A stretch of DNA of 64,000 nt, taken from the NCBI GenBank assembly GCA_977018835.1, contig OZ361256.1:2976001-3040000 (forward strand). The letters are read 5' to 3'. Below the pieces are notes generated by a model that did not search any database, was not told where the DNA came from, and worked only from the letters and a program-made list of their open reading frames with translations. The stretch is from Minutocellus sp. GHC0000111. Its lineage: Eukaryota. A program made the translations under genes and the position numbers. Below, piece after piece: positions 10,180 to 22,119 of the stretch; position 1 is the first letter of the stretch; the number at the start of each line of letters is the position of its first letter.

Positions 10180-11429
10180 ACATGATATACACATCAAATC
10201 ACCAACAATTGCAGCAAACCCGCGAAGCTTTCATTAATGAGCTACCTCATATCATGTCGGAGTGGAGATAGTGTACTGATGTGGTGGCTGGACGCAAATT
10301 TGTCCAAACTGTCGTCATGTTGGTAATTTGGACCTTCCAGAAGGAGAAAACTTGCCCTCCCAAAATCAACAAATTGACATAGTTTGGCCGAACAATCGAC
10401 CCAACTGCTAGAAGAAAACTACCGGGCATCAGCGTTGGTTCATACTGTCCGAGTTGAAGCCTCGCTATCGTCGATTTGGCCTTGATGGGCATACCTATTG
10501 AGAAAATGATGTTGCGGTGGAGAAGTTGAGGAGAATTTGAAAGTTAAGGTTTTACCTGTCATTGTGTGAGAATACAATGGGTTCCACTCACAAACTCAAA
10601 AATCAACACTAACACCTCCACTCTTTAGTACATACCTTGGCAGGATTGAACGAGAATCTGCGTCTCTCTGTCCAACATCAAGAACTATTGCACATAATCT
10701 GATGTTGGCGCCTGTCACAACACCGGAAAATTTACGGCAGATGCACAGAGCCCCCGCAAAATGGCCTGCTTACTGACACCCAACCCGCGGTAGAAACACA
10801 TCGTTCGCTCCAGTATTATCATGGTAGCGAAATATCAAAAGTTGCATAGGTACTTCCAGCGGAGTTTTTCGAGCAATAGGGCCACATTGACGTTGAGGAC
10901 CGGTTTTGCTTCGAAATCTGATATTTGAATTTTGGGAGCATGAGCTTGTGACTGTTGCACAAGAGAACTCAATAACACTGCCACGCCGTTGCTCAAGAAT
11001 ACTACTAGAGCGATCTTTCACGTCGTCAAATGTGGGTAAACTCGAATATACTCGCGTTGTCGTTACTTTTCTGTACAATTGTAGCCGTTGTGGAGGTCGA
11101 GGTCGGCAGGTGAAAAGTGCAAAAAGTCGATTTTCGTCAGTTTCAGGAATGAGAGGCTCAGAATGAAAGCTCATTAATCAAGCTGCATATGGGGAGAAAA
11201 GGTACTGAGGTGGGCATGGTAGTTGCATATCATCTTGGTGGTCTTGTGGGCGTCGAGGTTGATCTCATGCGTTGGGTTTGGAAAAGTGGGCAGTTGGGTG
11301 AGATCTGTCTTTCCGTCATCGGGCATGGGGACGAACAATTTTTTTCAGTGCTGCCCCCGCCCCGACTTTCAAAAGCCCCGACTTGGTGGGCATACCACGC
11401 CCAACCCCTGGAAGAGGACGCTTTTTACA

Positions 11430-12569
11430 ATGCCCCGCTCTCATCAACTCATCGCTCTGTTTGCGCTCGATGTGCTGGTCGGATCGTCTTCCTTCCAGCA
11501 TGGAACATTTGGGCTACAAGCGACGAACCGCAATCCCGGTGTAGGCAGGTCCGCTGATACGCTGGGCAGCTGCTGCCATGGCACCACCACATCCCTCTGC
11601 GCAAAGAAAAAGAAGAAGTCCACAAAGAGCAAATTGGGCGAAAGCAAAGGTGGGATGGGATTCGGCGCCTCTTCTGCCAGCAACAAATCAAACTCGGTCT
11701 CCTCGGCAAGCAAAACCGGTGGAGTAATAGCAGCCAGCAAAACTTCCCTGGAATCGCAACGGGAGTCTTACATCCTCATCACCATGATGGAGATGGATCC
11801 GTTGGAAGACACGAACGACTCCAAGTATCGATACTTTGAGTTGGCCGATGTATTTGTCCAAGGGGAGGGAACGGGTTGGTACCGTATTGGTAAAATTGTT
11901 GCCGCCGACCATGTGCGGCTGACAACCTCGCTGACGTTGCAGCATGATTTGATACTTTGGACGGCGGAGCGAATGTGCAAGGAGCTCAAGGCTGTCAAAG
12001 ATACCTTGGAGGTGGGCTATATATCTTCAAGCAAGAACTATCAGGCCTTCGAGACCGATGGTCCAGTTGACGAGGAGGATGCAGCAAAAATTGTCAAGGC
12101 AGATATTATCGACGAAGCAACCGTCGAAGCAAACAAAAAGAAAATCAAGTCAAAGATTGGCTTTCGGCCGGACTTTCCTCCCCTTGGATTCACATTTAGT
12201 AATGATGTCACCAGCTTTGACCAAAAGGAGAACATGGGAGGGACAACTGATACGGAACTGCTGTCCAAAATGTTTGGTGGTGCGGAGAGTGCAGCAGGTG
12301 TAGTGCCACCTGGCGCCAAAGTATTAGCATCCAATGTGCCCGAAGGGATATCCTCCGTCAAGGAGAGCGACTCGGCACCTCCAGAAGGGGCTCTGGTTAT
12401 GGCTGGCGAGCTAGAGGAGGCCATGGACTCCGGTAACTTTGACAAGTTTTTGGAAATCATGCGAGAAAATGAGCCCGATCTCGAAGAAGAGGAAGCAAGA
12501 AAGACCTTTGATTTGCCCTGCGGGCTGAAGAGCGCAGTGAATGAAGATGAAGACGAAGATGTTGAGTAG
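11430..12569 (+). CDS. Putative plastid-targeted hypothetical protein
   Basis: ATG 11430 gives signal peptide MPRSHQLIALFALDVLVGSSS-F, then transit-like region and Lys-rich AKKKKK...GGMGFG; acidic C-terminus. Confidence 0.6.
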   Translation: MPRSHQLIALFALDVLVGSSSFQHGTFGLQATNRNPGVGRSADTLGSCCHGTTTSLCAKKKKKSTKSKLGESKGGMGFGASSASNKSNSVSSASKTGGVIAASKTSLESQRESYILITMMEMDPLEDTNDSKYRYFELADVFVQGEGTGWYRIGKIVAADHVRLTTSLTLQHDLILWTAERMCKELKAVKDTLEVGYISSSKNYQAFETDGPVDEEDAAKIVKADIIDEATVEANKKKIKSKIGFRPDFPPLGFTFSNDVTSFDQKENMGGTTDTELLSKMFGGAESAAGVVPPGAKVLASNVPEGISSVKESDSAPPEGALVMAGELEEAMDSGNFDKFLEIMRENEPDLEEEEARKTFDLPCGLKSAVNEDEDEDVE

Positions 12570-12809
12570 TGTAAATGCAGTAGACCTAGACTACGTACGT
12601 AGATCTAGTTGATACCGTTATTCTTGCTCTTTCGCTCGCGCTCGGCTCTGTTCTTCGCCGTCGTTTCTGACTTTTGCCGGAAAAGATTGGGGGTCTCTTA
12701 AAAACACATTCGGGTTTTCTATTTTTTGCGGTCTTTCCGCCGTCCAACATGCGTCACTTCCAGCGCGTTCACCTAGTCACCCTCCTTCGGCATTACCGAT
12801 ACCTCAACC

Positions 12810-14080
12810 ATGCGCGCCTCCCTCCTCGCCGGTGCCATCGCGGCCATGGTGCGTTCGTGCTTGGAGTCTCGGATCGCTGTACTGGCCTCATTGCGAGGAA
12901 AATTGGAATGTAGAAAGTCGGCACATGATGTGCTGGAAACGGAGTGCAGGTCCGATGGATCGGCTGCCGCGGGATGATGTGTTGAAGTTGGGTCACACTG
13001 CAAATATCGGTACCATATGAGGCCATCGAAGGCATCATCTTGGGATGTGGTTCATAACATTTTATCCATGCGGCATTGACCAGCTTGGGTGCGTTGTGGG
13101 TGCGCTGCGGTTGCTGGTAGAAAGGTCGGGGTTGGGTGTTCCAGCGGCTTGCTACCGCACGATTTTGTCGTCTGCCGACTGGTTCTGTGCGGCGACGGAT
13201 ACCGAAGGATAAGGAAACTCAGCCAGTGATCCATTTTCCTCATTTCGATTTAGTGAAGTGATACAAAATTTTCTCTCATCTAATGGTTACACCAAAGTCT
13301 CACGCTGTTTCCTCCTTCTCTCGATTGCCTCTCCCCACTGCAGCCCCGTCTTTCGTTCCCCGAACGAACAATGTTGTTGCTCCTATGCCCAAGTCGGTGA
13401 CCTCTCTGGTTTCCCCCGCGGCTCGTCGGGCGACCTCCTCCGCCGGACCTCACCGCAACAATATCAAAATGATGCCCATTGGTGTCCCCAAGGTCGCCTA
13501 CCGCGTCCCCGGATCCCAGGGTGCCGAGTGGGTCGACATCTACAACCGTCTGTATCGCGAGCGTATCATCTTCATCGGTTCCGAAATCGATGACGAGCTT
13601 GCCAACCAGGTCATCGGCGTTATGCTTTACCTCGATTCCGAGGACAGCGACAAGCCCATCTACCTCTACATCAACAGCCCCGGTGGTTCCGTCATCTCCG
13701 GACTTGCCATCTACGACTGCATGCAGCACATCCAGTCCGAGGTTGTTACCATCAATCTTGGTCTTGCCGCCTCGATGGGATCCTTCATCCTGGCCGCCGG
13801 ATCAAAGGGCAAGCGCTTGGCGCTCCCTTCCTCGAGGATAATGATCCATCAGCCCATGGGCGGTGCCCAGGGCCAGGCCGAGGACATCAAGGTCGAGGCG
13901 GCTCAGATCATGCGCATCCGCGACAACATTGTCAAGATGTACAGCATGATGACCGGTCAGACCACCGAGCAGATTACCAAGGATCTGGACCGTGATAACT
14001 TCCTCAGTGCCCAGGAGGTCGTTGAGTATGGATTGATCGATCGTGTTTTGGAGACCAAGGATGAGAACACTCAGTTCTAA
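12810..14080 (+). CDS. clpP: Plastid ATP-dependent Clp protease proteolytic subunit (ClpP1/ClpP3-type), nucleus-encoded
   Basis: MPIGVPKV...[22 protein letters not shown], catalytic Ser (AASMGS), His (MIHQP), Asp (DRD); candidate exon 1 12810-12848 ([13 protein letters not shown]) and acceptor at 13343; exon structure uncertain. Confidence 0.92.
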
Positions 14081-14313
14081 TTTCCGTGGCGATTCTTGGT
14101 GTTGTATGTCATGTGGTTGACAGTGGTCATTAGAAATGGAATTAGAATGAAGGTGGGTATCTTTGCTTCGGATGCAATCCGATTTTTAGGTCTGGGGGAA
14201 ATAACAAGATACTCATTTGTGCACGGCCTCTAAGAATTTAAATAACGAGTGCTTATCGTTGAGTTTAGTATATTAGTTTCGCAGCATGTATAAACCTCAG
14301 TCGGCTAGTCCTG

Positions 14314-16147
14314 TCACGCCAGCAAGCCAGCAATGGCAGCGCCGATAACTGGCGCATCCTCCACACCAACGCACTCGATGTGAAGTCCTCGATCCTTGGA
14401 CATCTTCGACAAGCGCTTTTGGACCTTCTCCTTCAATCCAAAGGTCTTCCAGTACGTTGATCCGTCAATATTCACGCATACCGGGTGGGCCTTATCCTTG
14501 CCCTCGCCGCTCTTGACCACACCCGCCAAAATGTTTACAGATGTGAAGAGGGCGGCACGATCCACGACGGAGTTGTACACTGAGCGAAATGTTTTGGATG
14601 ACATCGGCCCCTTCCTCGGAGAAGGCATCGGCATGTTCGGCCACGAGCTTATGCAACAAGGCCAGCGTGATGGTACCCAAATACTCACCCGAGATAGTCT
14701 TCTCAAATACGTGGGTACCACTGCCTTGGGCCTGGAAATGCAGAGCAGAAAGATCCTCATCTTTTGGTTCATCAAGGCCTTTATCGAGCTCAACATCGAT
14801 CGGACTGCGCTGGAATGCCGAGAAACCACCCGATTCGACATTGATCACCTGCGATGCGTTGGGGTCGATACCATCACCAAGCTTGGCAATGCCACCATTG
14901 GGCTGCACGTATGCTGTGTTGGTTCCGGTGCCTAAAATAAACCCAATGTAACTGGAGGCATCCATCTCCTGACCCTTCGAAATGCCCGCTAGCAGACATG
15001 CGACGGTATCATTCAGGACAACCACCTTCTTGTTCTCGATTCCCTGTTCCTGGAGGGCATCCAACAACCCCCGTCCGACGTATGTATTTTCCATGTCGGG
15101 TATCTTGATCTCCTTGGTCCAATGTGTGAGTTTTCCGTCGATGTTCCCGTCGGCATCACTGGAGATCTTGGCAGGGTAGCTAAAGCAGAAGCCAATTCTA
15201 TCGAACTTGTCGGCGTAGGGTGCCAACTTATCGACCAACACCTTGTAGAAGTCGGCCGGGGATATTTCGACATCATTTCCGGGAATATTGTTGTTGTACA
15301 GCTTGATACGGTCCTTGACCAGCAGCTTACCATTGTCGTCTGTCTTGACGATGCATATTCTCAAATTGGTACCTCCTGCATCAATTACCGCAACGGACGA
15401 GCTGGGGGGCAGACTGGCGTTGGCCTCGACGAGCGATGGGATCATGGCTAATGATGAGTTGGAATTGGGTTGCAACCCAGATTCCATCTCGGCAAGGAAG
15501 GCACCGAGGAGCTCATCGGGATTGTAGGCGTCGGAGCTGATCATCTTGTCGTGAAGCCAGGCTTGAAGGGCGGCAGCATCAAAGGTGGGAGATGAAGAAG
15601 ATGTGGTGGCTTCTTCGTCAGCTTCATCATGTTTTTCTTCTCCATCAGCGTTTTCGTCTTCATCCTCGTCTTCATCATCATCGTCATCATCGTCGTCATC
15701 GTCCTCTCCAGGCTTGATGGCCCGATACATAAAGTCATCCCAGTCGAACTCTCGTTGTTCCTCCAAGCTGCTCTCTGCCGTGCCCTCAGTCTTCACCGAT
15801 TCTTGCCATGCTGCCCCATGGAAAAGCAAAGCCGATGCAGCAAGAGCTGCCGCCGCCATTGCGTTTGTGGAGTTCTGACCATTCGTGGTGGTGAATTGCT
15901 TCAACTGCAGCCCACAATTATTACTGGCGGTTGGAATGATGCGGGACGACGAGGGGGTGCTTAGTTTGCGTGCGGCTGGTCTCGATGCCGAAGACCACGC
16001 AAATCCGGGGGATTTGGCATGTGACGCTGCGACACTCTTGGGCGTTTGCGTACCGTTGGAAGCACCGCGGGAGGCCCGCAAGGCGGCGGCGGTAGCGGAT
16101 CGAAGCATGGTTCGGCGGATCGGCACGAGGAATGAAGTGCGTATCAT
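14314..16147 (-). pseudogene. Hexokinase (bacterial-type) with mitochondrial-like N-terminal extension; frame break near 14580
   Basis: IDAGGTNLR, GFCFSYP, WTKEI, LNDTVACL, FILGTGTNTAY, INVESG, FEKTISGEYLG; C-terminal DGSTY and GAAIAG motifs are in a different frame (ORF 14314-14841). Confidence 0.85.
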
Positions 16148-16493
16148 ATCCCATTTTCCACTGCACTGGTAAGCACGTTAAGGCATGAGGAAAAAATGGC
16201 ACATCGATCATCATGATGGTGCTCACTTTGTGCCGTTGAACAAGATACGCCCGAAAGGGAGGCACCCAAGCAGGCAGCGCATCATAGAGCAGGTTGCTCG
16301 TCTATTGACCCGGGAACGCTATTTGTTTTGTAATCATCATCTTTCGTCGACCGGTTTTGGCCCCAATGGCAAAGCTGATTGCAATCATATCTCGAGCAAA
16401 CGAAGAATAAGCAAGCTTTGCCTTGATTGGCATGCGTATGCGGCAACCAGTCAACAGAGGCAACATAGAGCTTCGGAGGATAGAACGCGTATC

Positions 16494-17657
16494 ATGTCTG
16501 TTCATTGGGACGGCTCTGCTGCAATCCTCGCCCTCGTCCTGGCCGCCTGCACTGCTTACCTGCTGCAGCAATGGGACTCCGACGAAAACTGGGCATTTAA
16601 CCTCTTGATCATAATCCTGCCCCGACTCATCGAACCACCCGTGGAAGAGTATCTGGACCAACCGATGGCAAAGCAAATGGTCAAGATTCAACGAATGCGC
16701 AATCAGATGGAGATGCTAGTTGCAAATGAGCATTCGCTTCGTTTTGCGATGGGTGATGCCATTGCGGCTGCATCGTATGGACCAAATGCAACTCGAGTAG
16801 AAACGCTGCAGATGAAGGGATTGTCCTCGAGTCACCAGTCGATTGAGGTTGTTTGCGCCTGTCCGCATGGCGCCACTGAAGACGAAGTCCTGCCGCTCAT
16901 CTTTTTCTTTCATTCGGGTGGGTTGATTGTCGGCTCGGTCAATGCCGAACTGCACAAGGCAAGACATTTGGCCCAAGAATCCAAGTCGGTTGTTTGCTCG
17001 TTCGAATATCGATTGGCTCCCGAGCATCCCTACCCTGCTGGGCTAGATGATTGTGTGGAAACATCCCTCGCCATATTGGTTGATGGCGGTAGGAGGAATC
17101 AAATTGCCAATGCCCTGAACATCGGCGGTGTCGATACCAACAAGGTTGCAACCTTTGGACTCAGTGCGGGTGGATATTTATCCGCTCACGTGGCACGAGA
17201 GCTCACAGCAGCTGGCCACAATCTTGCCTTGCAAGTATCGCTGGTTCCCATGGTCCAACCGCATGGTGGAGGTACTCTTTCTATGTTTCGACACTGGTAT
17301 GCTCCGATGTGGAATGGTCTGCTGAATCTATGGGCGTGGTCTTTGTTTCTGTCGGAAGATGTTGACGGAACACTTGCGAATCATCATCGAGTCAATCTGC
17401 TGGTCGATCCACCCGACGAGGATGTTGTTGGACGTCTCCCCCCGACATACATTCAAATCAACACCAAGGATGTGTTGCGAGATGAAGGCGAACGCTATGC
17501 CAATCGTTTGAAAGAGCAAGGCAAACTGCTGCAGTTGGACGAATACAATACAAATCATGTCGGTGGTGCTCTCCCTGGTTTGGCGAGTGGTGGTCCTGGA
17601 GCAAACGCTTTTGACGATGCCGTGAATGTCGTTGTTGAGCATTTTAGACGATCTTAA
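16494..17657 (+). CDS. HSL-family alpha/beta hydrolase (esterase/lipase) with N-terminal hydrophobic anchor
   Basis: HSGG oxyanion motif, YRLAPEHPYPA, GLSAGG nucleophile, DVLRDEG, terminal His. Confidence 0.88.
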   Translation: MSVHWDGSAAILALVLAACTAYLLQQWDSDENWAFNLLIIILPRLIEPPVEEYLDQPMAKQMVKIQRMRNQMEMLVANEHSLRFAMGDAIAAASYGPNATRVETLQMKGLSSSHQSIEVVCACPHGATEDEVLPLIFFFHSGGLIVGSVNAELHKARHLAQESKSVVCSFEYRLAPEHPYPAGLDDCVETSLAILVDGGRRNQIANALNIGGVDTNKVATFGLSAGGYLSAHVARELTAAGHNLALQVSLVPMVQPHGGGTLSMFRHWYAPMWNGLLNLWAWSLFLSEDVDGTLANHHRVNLLVDPPDEDVVGRLPPTYIQINTKDVLRDEGERYANRLKEQGKLLQLDEYNTNHVGGALPGLASGGPGANAFDDAVNVVVEHFRRS

Positions 17658-17678
17658 CTTAATCTTATTGTACCAATT

Positions 17679-18416
17679 TCATGCAGTGTTACTGCTATTC
17701 TTCATCCTCATCGCCACCAACCGTCTTCTCCCAACACTCTTCACCGATGTAATACAAGCAAACGCCAGCGTTATGATGCTGCTCACAAATGCCGATATGT
17801 ACAGCGCCGAGTTGCACTGCCCCTCCCCCTCCATCCCCATCATCGGCCAATTGCCAAACGTCAGAACAGCTCCCCATATCGCTACAGCTACCACCACCAC
17901 GCTCAAAAAGTCGTGCACAACAAGAGCCGGGCTGGCAAGGTATCCATCGTTGGCCTTGCCATCTCCGTTCTCTCTCAGACGTTCGACGCGCCAGGCAAAG
18001 GCCGCGGTGGCAAGGAGTAGGTCGAATATTCCGGCAAGTGCCACGTTGGCGTTGAGACTGGGAATGACATCACAATCAAACCACGTTGCAAATGCGATGG
18101 CAATCAAGACGATGGCGAGGATGGTCTCAAAGATGAGATGGTACCACTCCGAGCTGGTCCGACCGAGATATTCGGCCTCGTCGTCTGCTTTTGCACTTGA
18201 GGTCTTTTCGGCACCCACCACACTGGCCTTGACGCTGGCACCGAGTCTACTTATGCTCATGGACCTTTCTGGGTCAAGCTTGATGGACGAGAAGGGCTCG
18301 CGATGACTTGCGGTGCCCGCCTCTGCATCATCGGCGGCGAGACTTGTGCCTATCTCATCCTCAAGACGGCGGGCGGCCGCCGCTCGGATGGAGGCGGTTA
18401 CGTTGGGGTCGGCCAT
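17679..18416 (-). CDS. Four-TM membrane protein of unknown function
   Basis: 245-aa ATG ORF with four hydrophobic helices. Confidence 0.6.
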   Translation of the reverse strand: MADPNVTASIRAAAARRLEDEIGTSLAADDAEAGTASHREPFSSIKLDPERSMSISRLGASVKASVVGAEKTSSAKADDEAEYLGRTSSEWYHLIFETILAIVLIAIAFATWFDCDVIPSLNANVALAGIFDLLLATAAFAWRVERLRENGDGKANDGYLASPALVVHDFLSVVVVAVAIWGAVLTFGNWPMMGMEGEGQCNSALYISAFVSSIITLAFACITSVKSVGRRRLVAMRMKNSSNTA

Positions 18417-18733
18417 GGCGTTGGGTTGATTGATTATTGTTTCTCCTCTTTTAAGTAAGGAATTGCCCGTCAGTTATGGCGTTAGATTGATTGATGAATG
18501 GTTCGGGGGGCGCGGAAATAATATGCGATCTTTCGGCCCGCAAAGATGCATCGCCCGCGATCTTTCTTGCCGTCTGACATCTGATTTGCACGTCGACCTC
18601 TGTCGCATCTCAAAACCTGAACCGGAACCCGGCCGCCATAAGATTTCGCTCTGCGATTTCTGATTTCATTCTTCTCCGAGAAGATCTTATGCCCCCAATC
18701 GAATCCAATTTCCATCACTGACTGACCAACAAG

Positions 18734-19743
18734 ATGAAGCTCTCCAACCCTCTCTTCGCCGCCCTCGCGTGCTCTACCGGCGCCTCGGCCTTTATCAACG
18801 GCAATCCCAGCAAGCTCACCCCTCCCGGCGTCGTAGAGGGATTGCACAACGCACGAGTCGACACGACCGACGCCATCCAGGAGGCCATGGCGGCCAGCAA
18901 GAAGTTCGGACCGACGTCGAAGGAGGCACGGGTGGCGTGGGAGGCAGTGGAGGAGATGGACGCGAGTGACAACAGGTGAGTGCCCCTTTCGTCGCTGCAC
19001 TTGGTGTTGAGCTTAGTGAAGGTGACTTCTATGTTGATCTACAAGCGAAGTGTAGCAATTGATGTCAATCGAAAGAACACGAAATCCCGAACCCTATGGA
19101 GGATTCTCGATTGATTTGACTTGCACACTGATTGTTTACTTTGAGCCATCTTATGCTTACCATGTCTGTTGCCTACACATAAATTCTTTCCTTACGTGAT
19201 ACTCCAATGTATTCACTCGACCAATGGGACGACTTTGATCTGCCCGTTCACTCATGCCCATCCACATCACATCAATCACATCCCATACATGCATTTCACA
19301 GCGTCGCTACCAAGGGTTCCCTGGATTACGAATGTGCCACCGACGACGAGCAGGCCTGCAAGGAATACGAACAGCGCCTCAAGGGGTTGTCGGAACTTTT
19401 ACGTGTGAATCAGCCCAAGCTGGAATCCATGCGATCACTCCTGGTGTCCGAGATTGAACAGATCAAGATGGTCGATCCCAAGTCGGCCTCGGGCAAAGAT
19501 TCACCTCAGCTTCGAAAGGCGCTGGCAGATGCCAAGAAGATATCGGAGGAGAAGGGTGCCACGTCCAAGGAGGCGGCCATTGCATGGGATATCGTCGAGG
19601 AGATTGCGGCTGCGGGTACTGGGAGTGCCACCGGCATCAGTTTGGAGGATGAGTGCTTGGTCGAAACTGCCATGGAAGCATGCCAGGCCCTGGAAGAGCT
19701 GAATCGCGTGATGGAAACACGTTATCAGAAAGCAAATTCATAG
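18734..19743 (+). CDS. CP12: Plastid CP12-domain protein (two AWxxVEE motifs); intron 18976-19301
   Basis: GASA-F presequence; ARVAWEAVEEMDA and AIAWDIVEEIAA; Cys pairs; AG|GTGAGT donor and CAG acceptor join in frame. Confidence 0.85.
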
Positions 19744-20589
19744 GAGTCAACAATTTTTGACCGACGCTACAATGGACTTGTTGAATTTACAGTTGCAGAG
19801 TCCGTTTTATCCAATATGTCATGTCAGCAGGCGCGAAATGAAAACAAAGAATTGCTGTCCGTCCAAACGGTAAATTAAAAGTAGGCCTAGCTAGAGAGTG
19901 CTCTTGCGTTCATACATGTACGACAGTTTTCTACATAGATGTTTATAGGATCCACATAATCAGGCAAGTTCATACACGTACATGTGCCGTATTTATCACC
20001 ATGGAGTGATGTCATTTTCATTGTGGAACTAATTCGCCACAGGGGTGGCAGCAGGTCTATCACTTCGTAAGCGTTTAGTCAGAATTGTTATCATGGGATG
20101 GTCTGCAGAATATTATAAAGTGAGCCTAAAAGAGAAAGTTAGCCTAATGTATAGGCCAACTTACACCAAGGCTGCAATACCATAATAAAAGTCCAGCTTA
20201 TGGGGGCAAATGATGTCTCCCACGTCGTAGCTTGAGCTTTCTTTTTCTCACGCCACATAAGCACAACAACATCCGGGAAAAGGCTACCTACATGTAGTGG
20301 CTACGTATGGACTGATGTCATTTTTTCAGTCAGCAAATTTCCATACAAATCTGAAAAGTGAGCCTACATAGCTAGTAACCCAGCCTACCTCCTTGCTGAT
20401 GATGTCAGCAGTTTGCTGTAATTTGAGCTGTCTTTAATCGCCGCACAACAACACCGCGCGGAATCTATCTGGAACCAGGCCTACTTACTTCCCGTCTATC
20501 TTTACTCGCATGCCTTTCATTTTCAATGCCACATCATCAATAGAAAACTGAATCTATCCCCTTCCGGCCTCCAATACATACCTTTGAAA

Positions 20590-21027
20590 ATGCGCACACC
20601 TCGCTCCACTGGGCTTTTGAATGATATCGAATCGTCGCCCGCCAGGAGTGGCGGGATATCCTACGAAGTTTCTTCTCTGGCCTATTTTTCCGAACTACTC
20701 GATGGGCTCAATGAATTGGGACAGGAACTTGAAGGCGAAGATGATGCCACCACCATTCACGTTCACGAAATGAGTGTTCGGTCCCGCATCGAAAGTCGAC
20801 TGACCAATATGTACATTAAACGAGGTCAGCTTGAGAGGGAAGAAGTCATCGTAGGCGACGAAGCAAACAATGAGAGACAGCCCCTAAGATCTCCTCGTAC
20901 ACGTAGAATCTTTTCCTTTCCGTCACGTCGTGCTCGCACATTCACTCCAGCAGATACCCGGTCTACATCATCTAGGGCCGATTCTTCCCGTACTGGTGAC
21001 ACCTCCAGGGCTGCCCGTGGTGCATAG
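20590..21027 (+). CDS. Short hypothetical ORF
   Basis: ATG-initiated ORF of about 145 aa, no motif. Confidence 0.25.
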   Translation: MRTPRSTGLLNDIESSPARSGGISYEVSSLAYFSELLDGLNELGQELEGEDDATTIHVHEMSVRSRIESRLTNMYIKRGQLEREEVIVGDEANNERQPLRSPRTRRIFSFPSRRARTFTPADTRSTSSRADSSRTGDTSRAARGA

Positions 21028-21130
21028 GTAGAAAAACGGTATGCATCTAAAAAGCATAGCAACGGGGGGAAGCCAAAGCCTTCCTCGTCATAAACCAGCC
21101 TATTTTTAACACGAAACCAATGTGTCACCG

Positions 21131-22119
21131 CTATGACATCTTTGGCCATGACGCAATTTGGGCCGCAATCAGCTCGTCGTTCTTCACCTTGCATTGATTC
21201 GGCGTCCTGCTTCGAACGTATGCCGCCACCTTCTTCCATTGATACCGATGAGTATTGATGCCCTCTGCCAGACGTTTCAATTCGTCGTCTCTCCAACGCC
21301 CAATGTTGATTATTGGGGTTATTGGAGGCGCCGGTGAGGTATGCTGACTATCGTCCGACTTCCTCGTCCTCTTTGATCGACCTGCTGATGCCCGTTCCGC
21401 TTCCAGTTTCATGGCACCCCTTATGGCGCTGCTGTTACCGTTCTCGTGCTTCGCCGCCCTCATGGGAGTTATTCGTTTCGTGGGACTTTTATGCCGTCCG
21501 GGGCTTGTGTTGGGTTTGGCGTTTTTGGGTGAGGTTTTAGCAGATGCGCACTCCCCACCTTCCTCCACCAATGGTGCAATCGTTCGCTGCGTTGTATACT
21601 TGCCCATTGATCCATCGATGCCACATTCCTCCCCTGCATTCTTTCCCGATGAGCAAGTGCTAGTATTGTCATCATTGTTGCCGCCGCTGCTATTACGTGT
21701 AGTAGTAGGTGGCGCCTCGACGACGACGCCAGCCTGGTGTGGGATGTGATCGACCCAAAAGAACCCCGGGTAGGAAATAACGACAGATCGATGCTGTCGT
21801 TGGCATTGTTGTCATCAGAGTCGGACATGCGCTGTTTCTTCTTTTTGCAAGACTTGGTATTCTTCGATTCGCCCCTTGCTGCTGCAGATGCCATCTCTTC
21901 TGCTTCCGCTTCTGCTGCCGCTTCCTCCGCCGCCTCCATTTCTTTTGCCCTCGCTAATGCCACCTCCCTCCTCCGTTGCCGTATGGTTCTGCCGTCCAAC
22001 GCCTCTTCTTCCGCGGCGCACCGCCGACATATGCGCCGGCGGTCGTCGATGGCCGACGTGCGGGATGCCGTCCGAGGCTTGCCGTTGGACAGCTGACATC
22101 CGTTGGAGCAGACCTGCAT
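21131..22119 (-). pseudogene. Myb/SANT-domain protein, apparent frameshift near 21750-21790
   Basis: GRWRDDELKRLAEGINTHRYQWKKVAAYVRSRTPNQCK is a Myb repeat; the N-terminal ORF (22119) is in a different frame. Confidence 0.65.

Noticed and set aside
8731..11174. Short ORFs in the gene-poor block as transposase remnants
   Set aside because: No DDE or other transposase motif recognisable by eye
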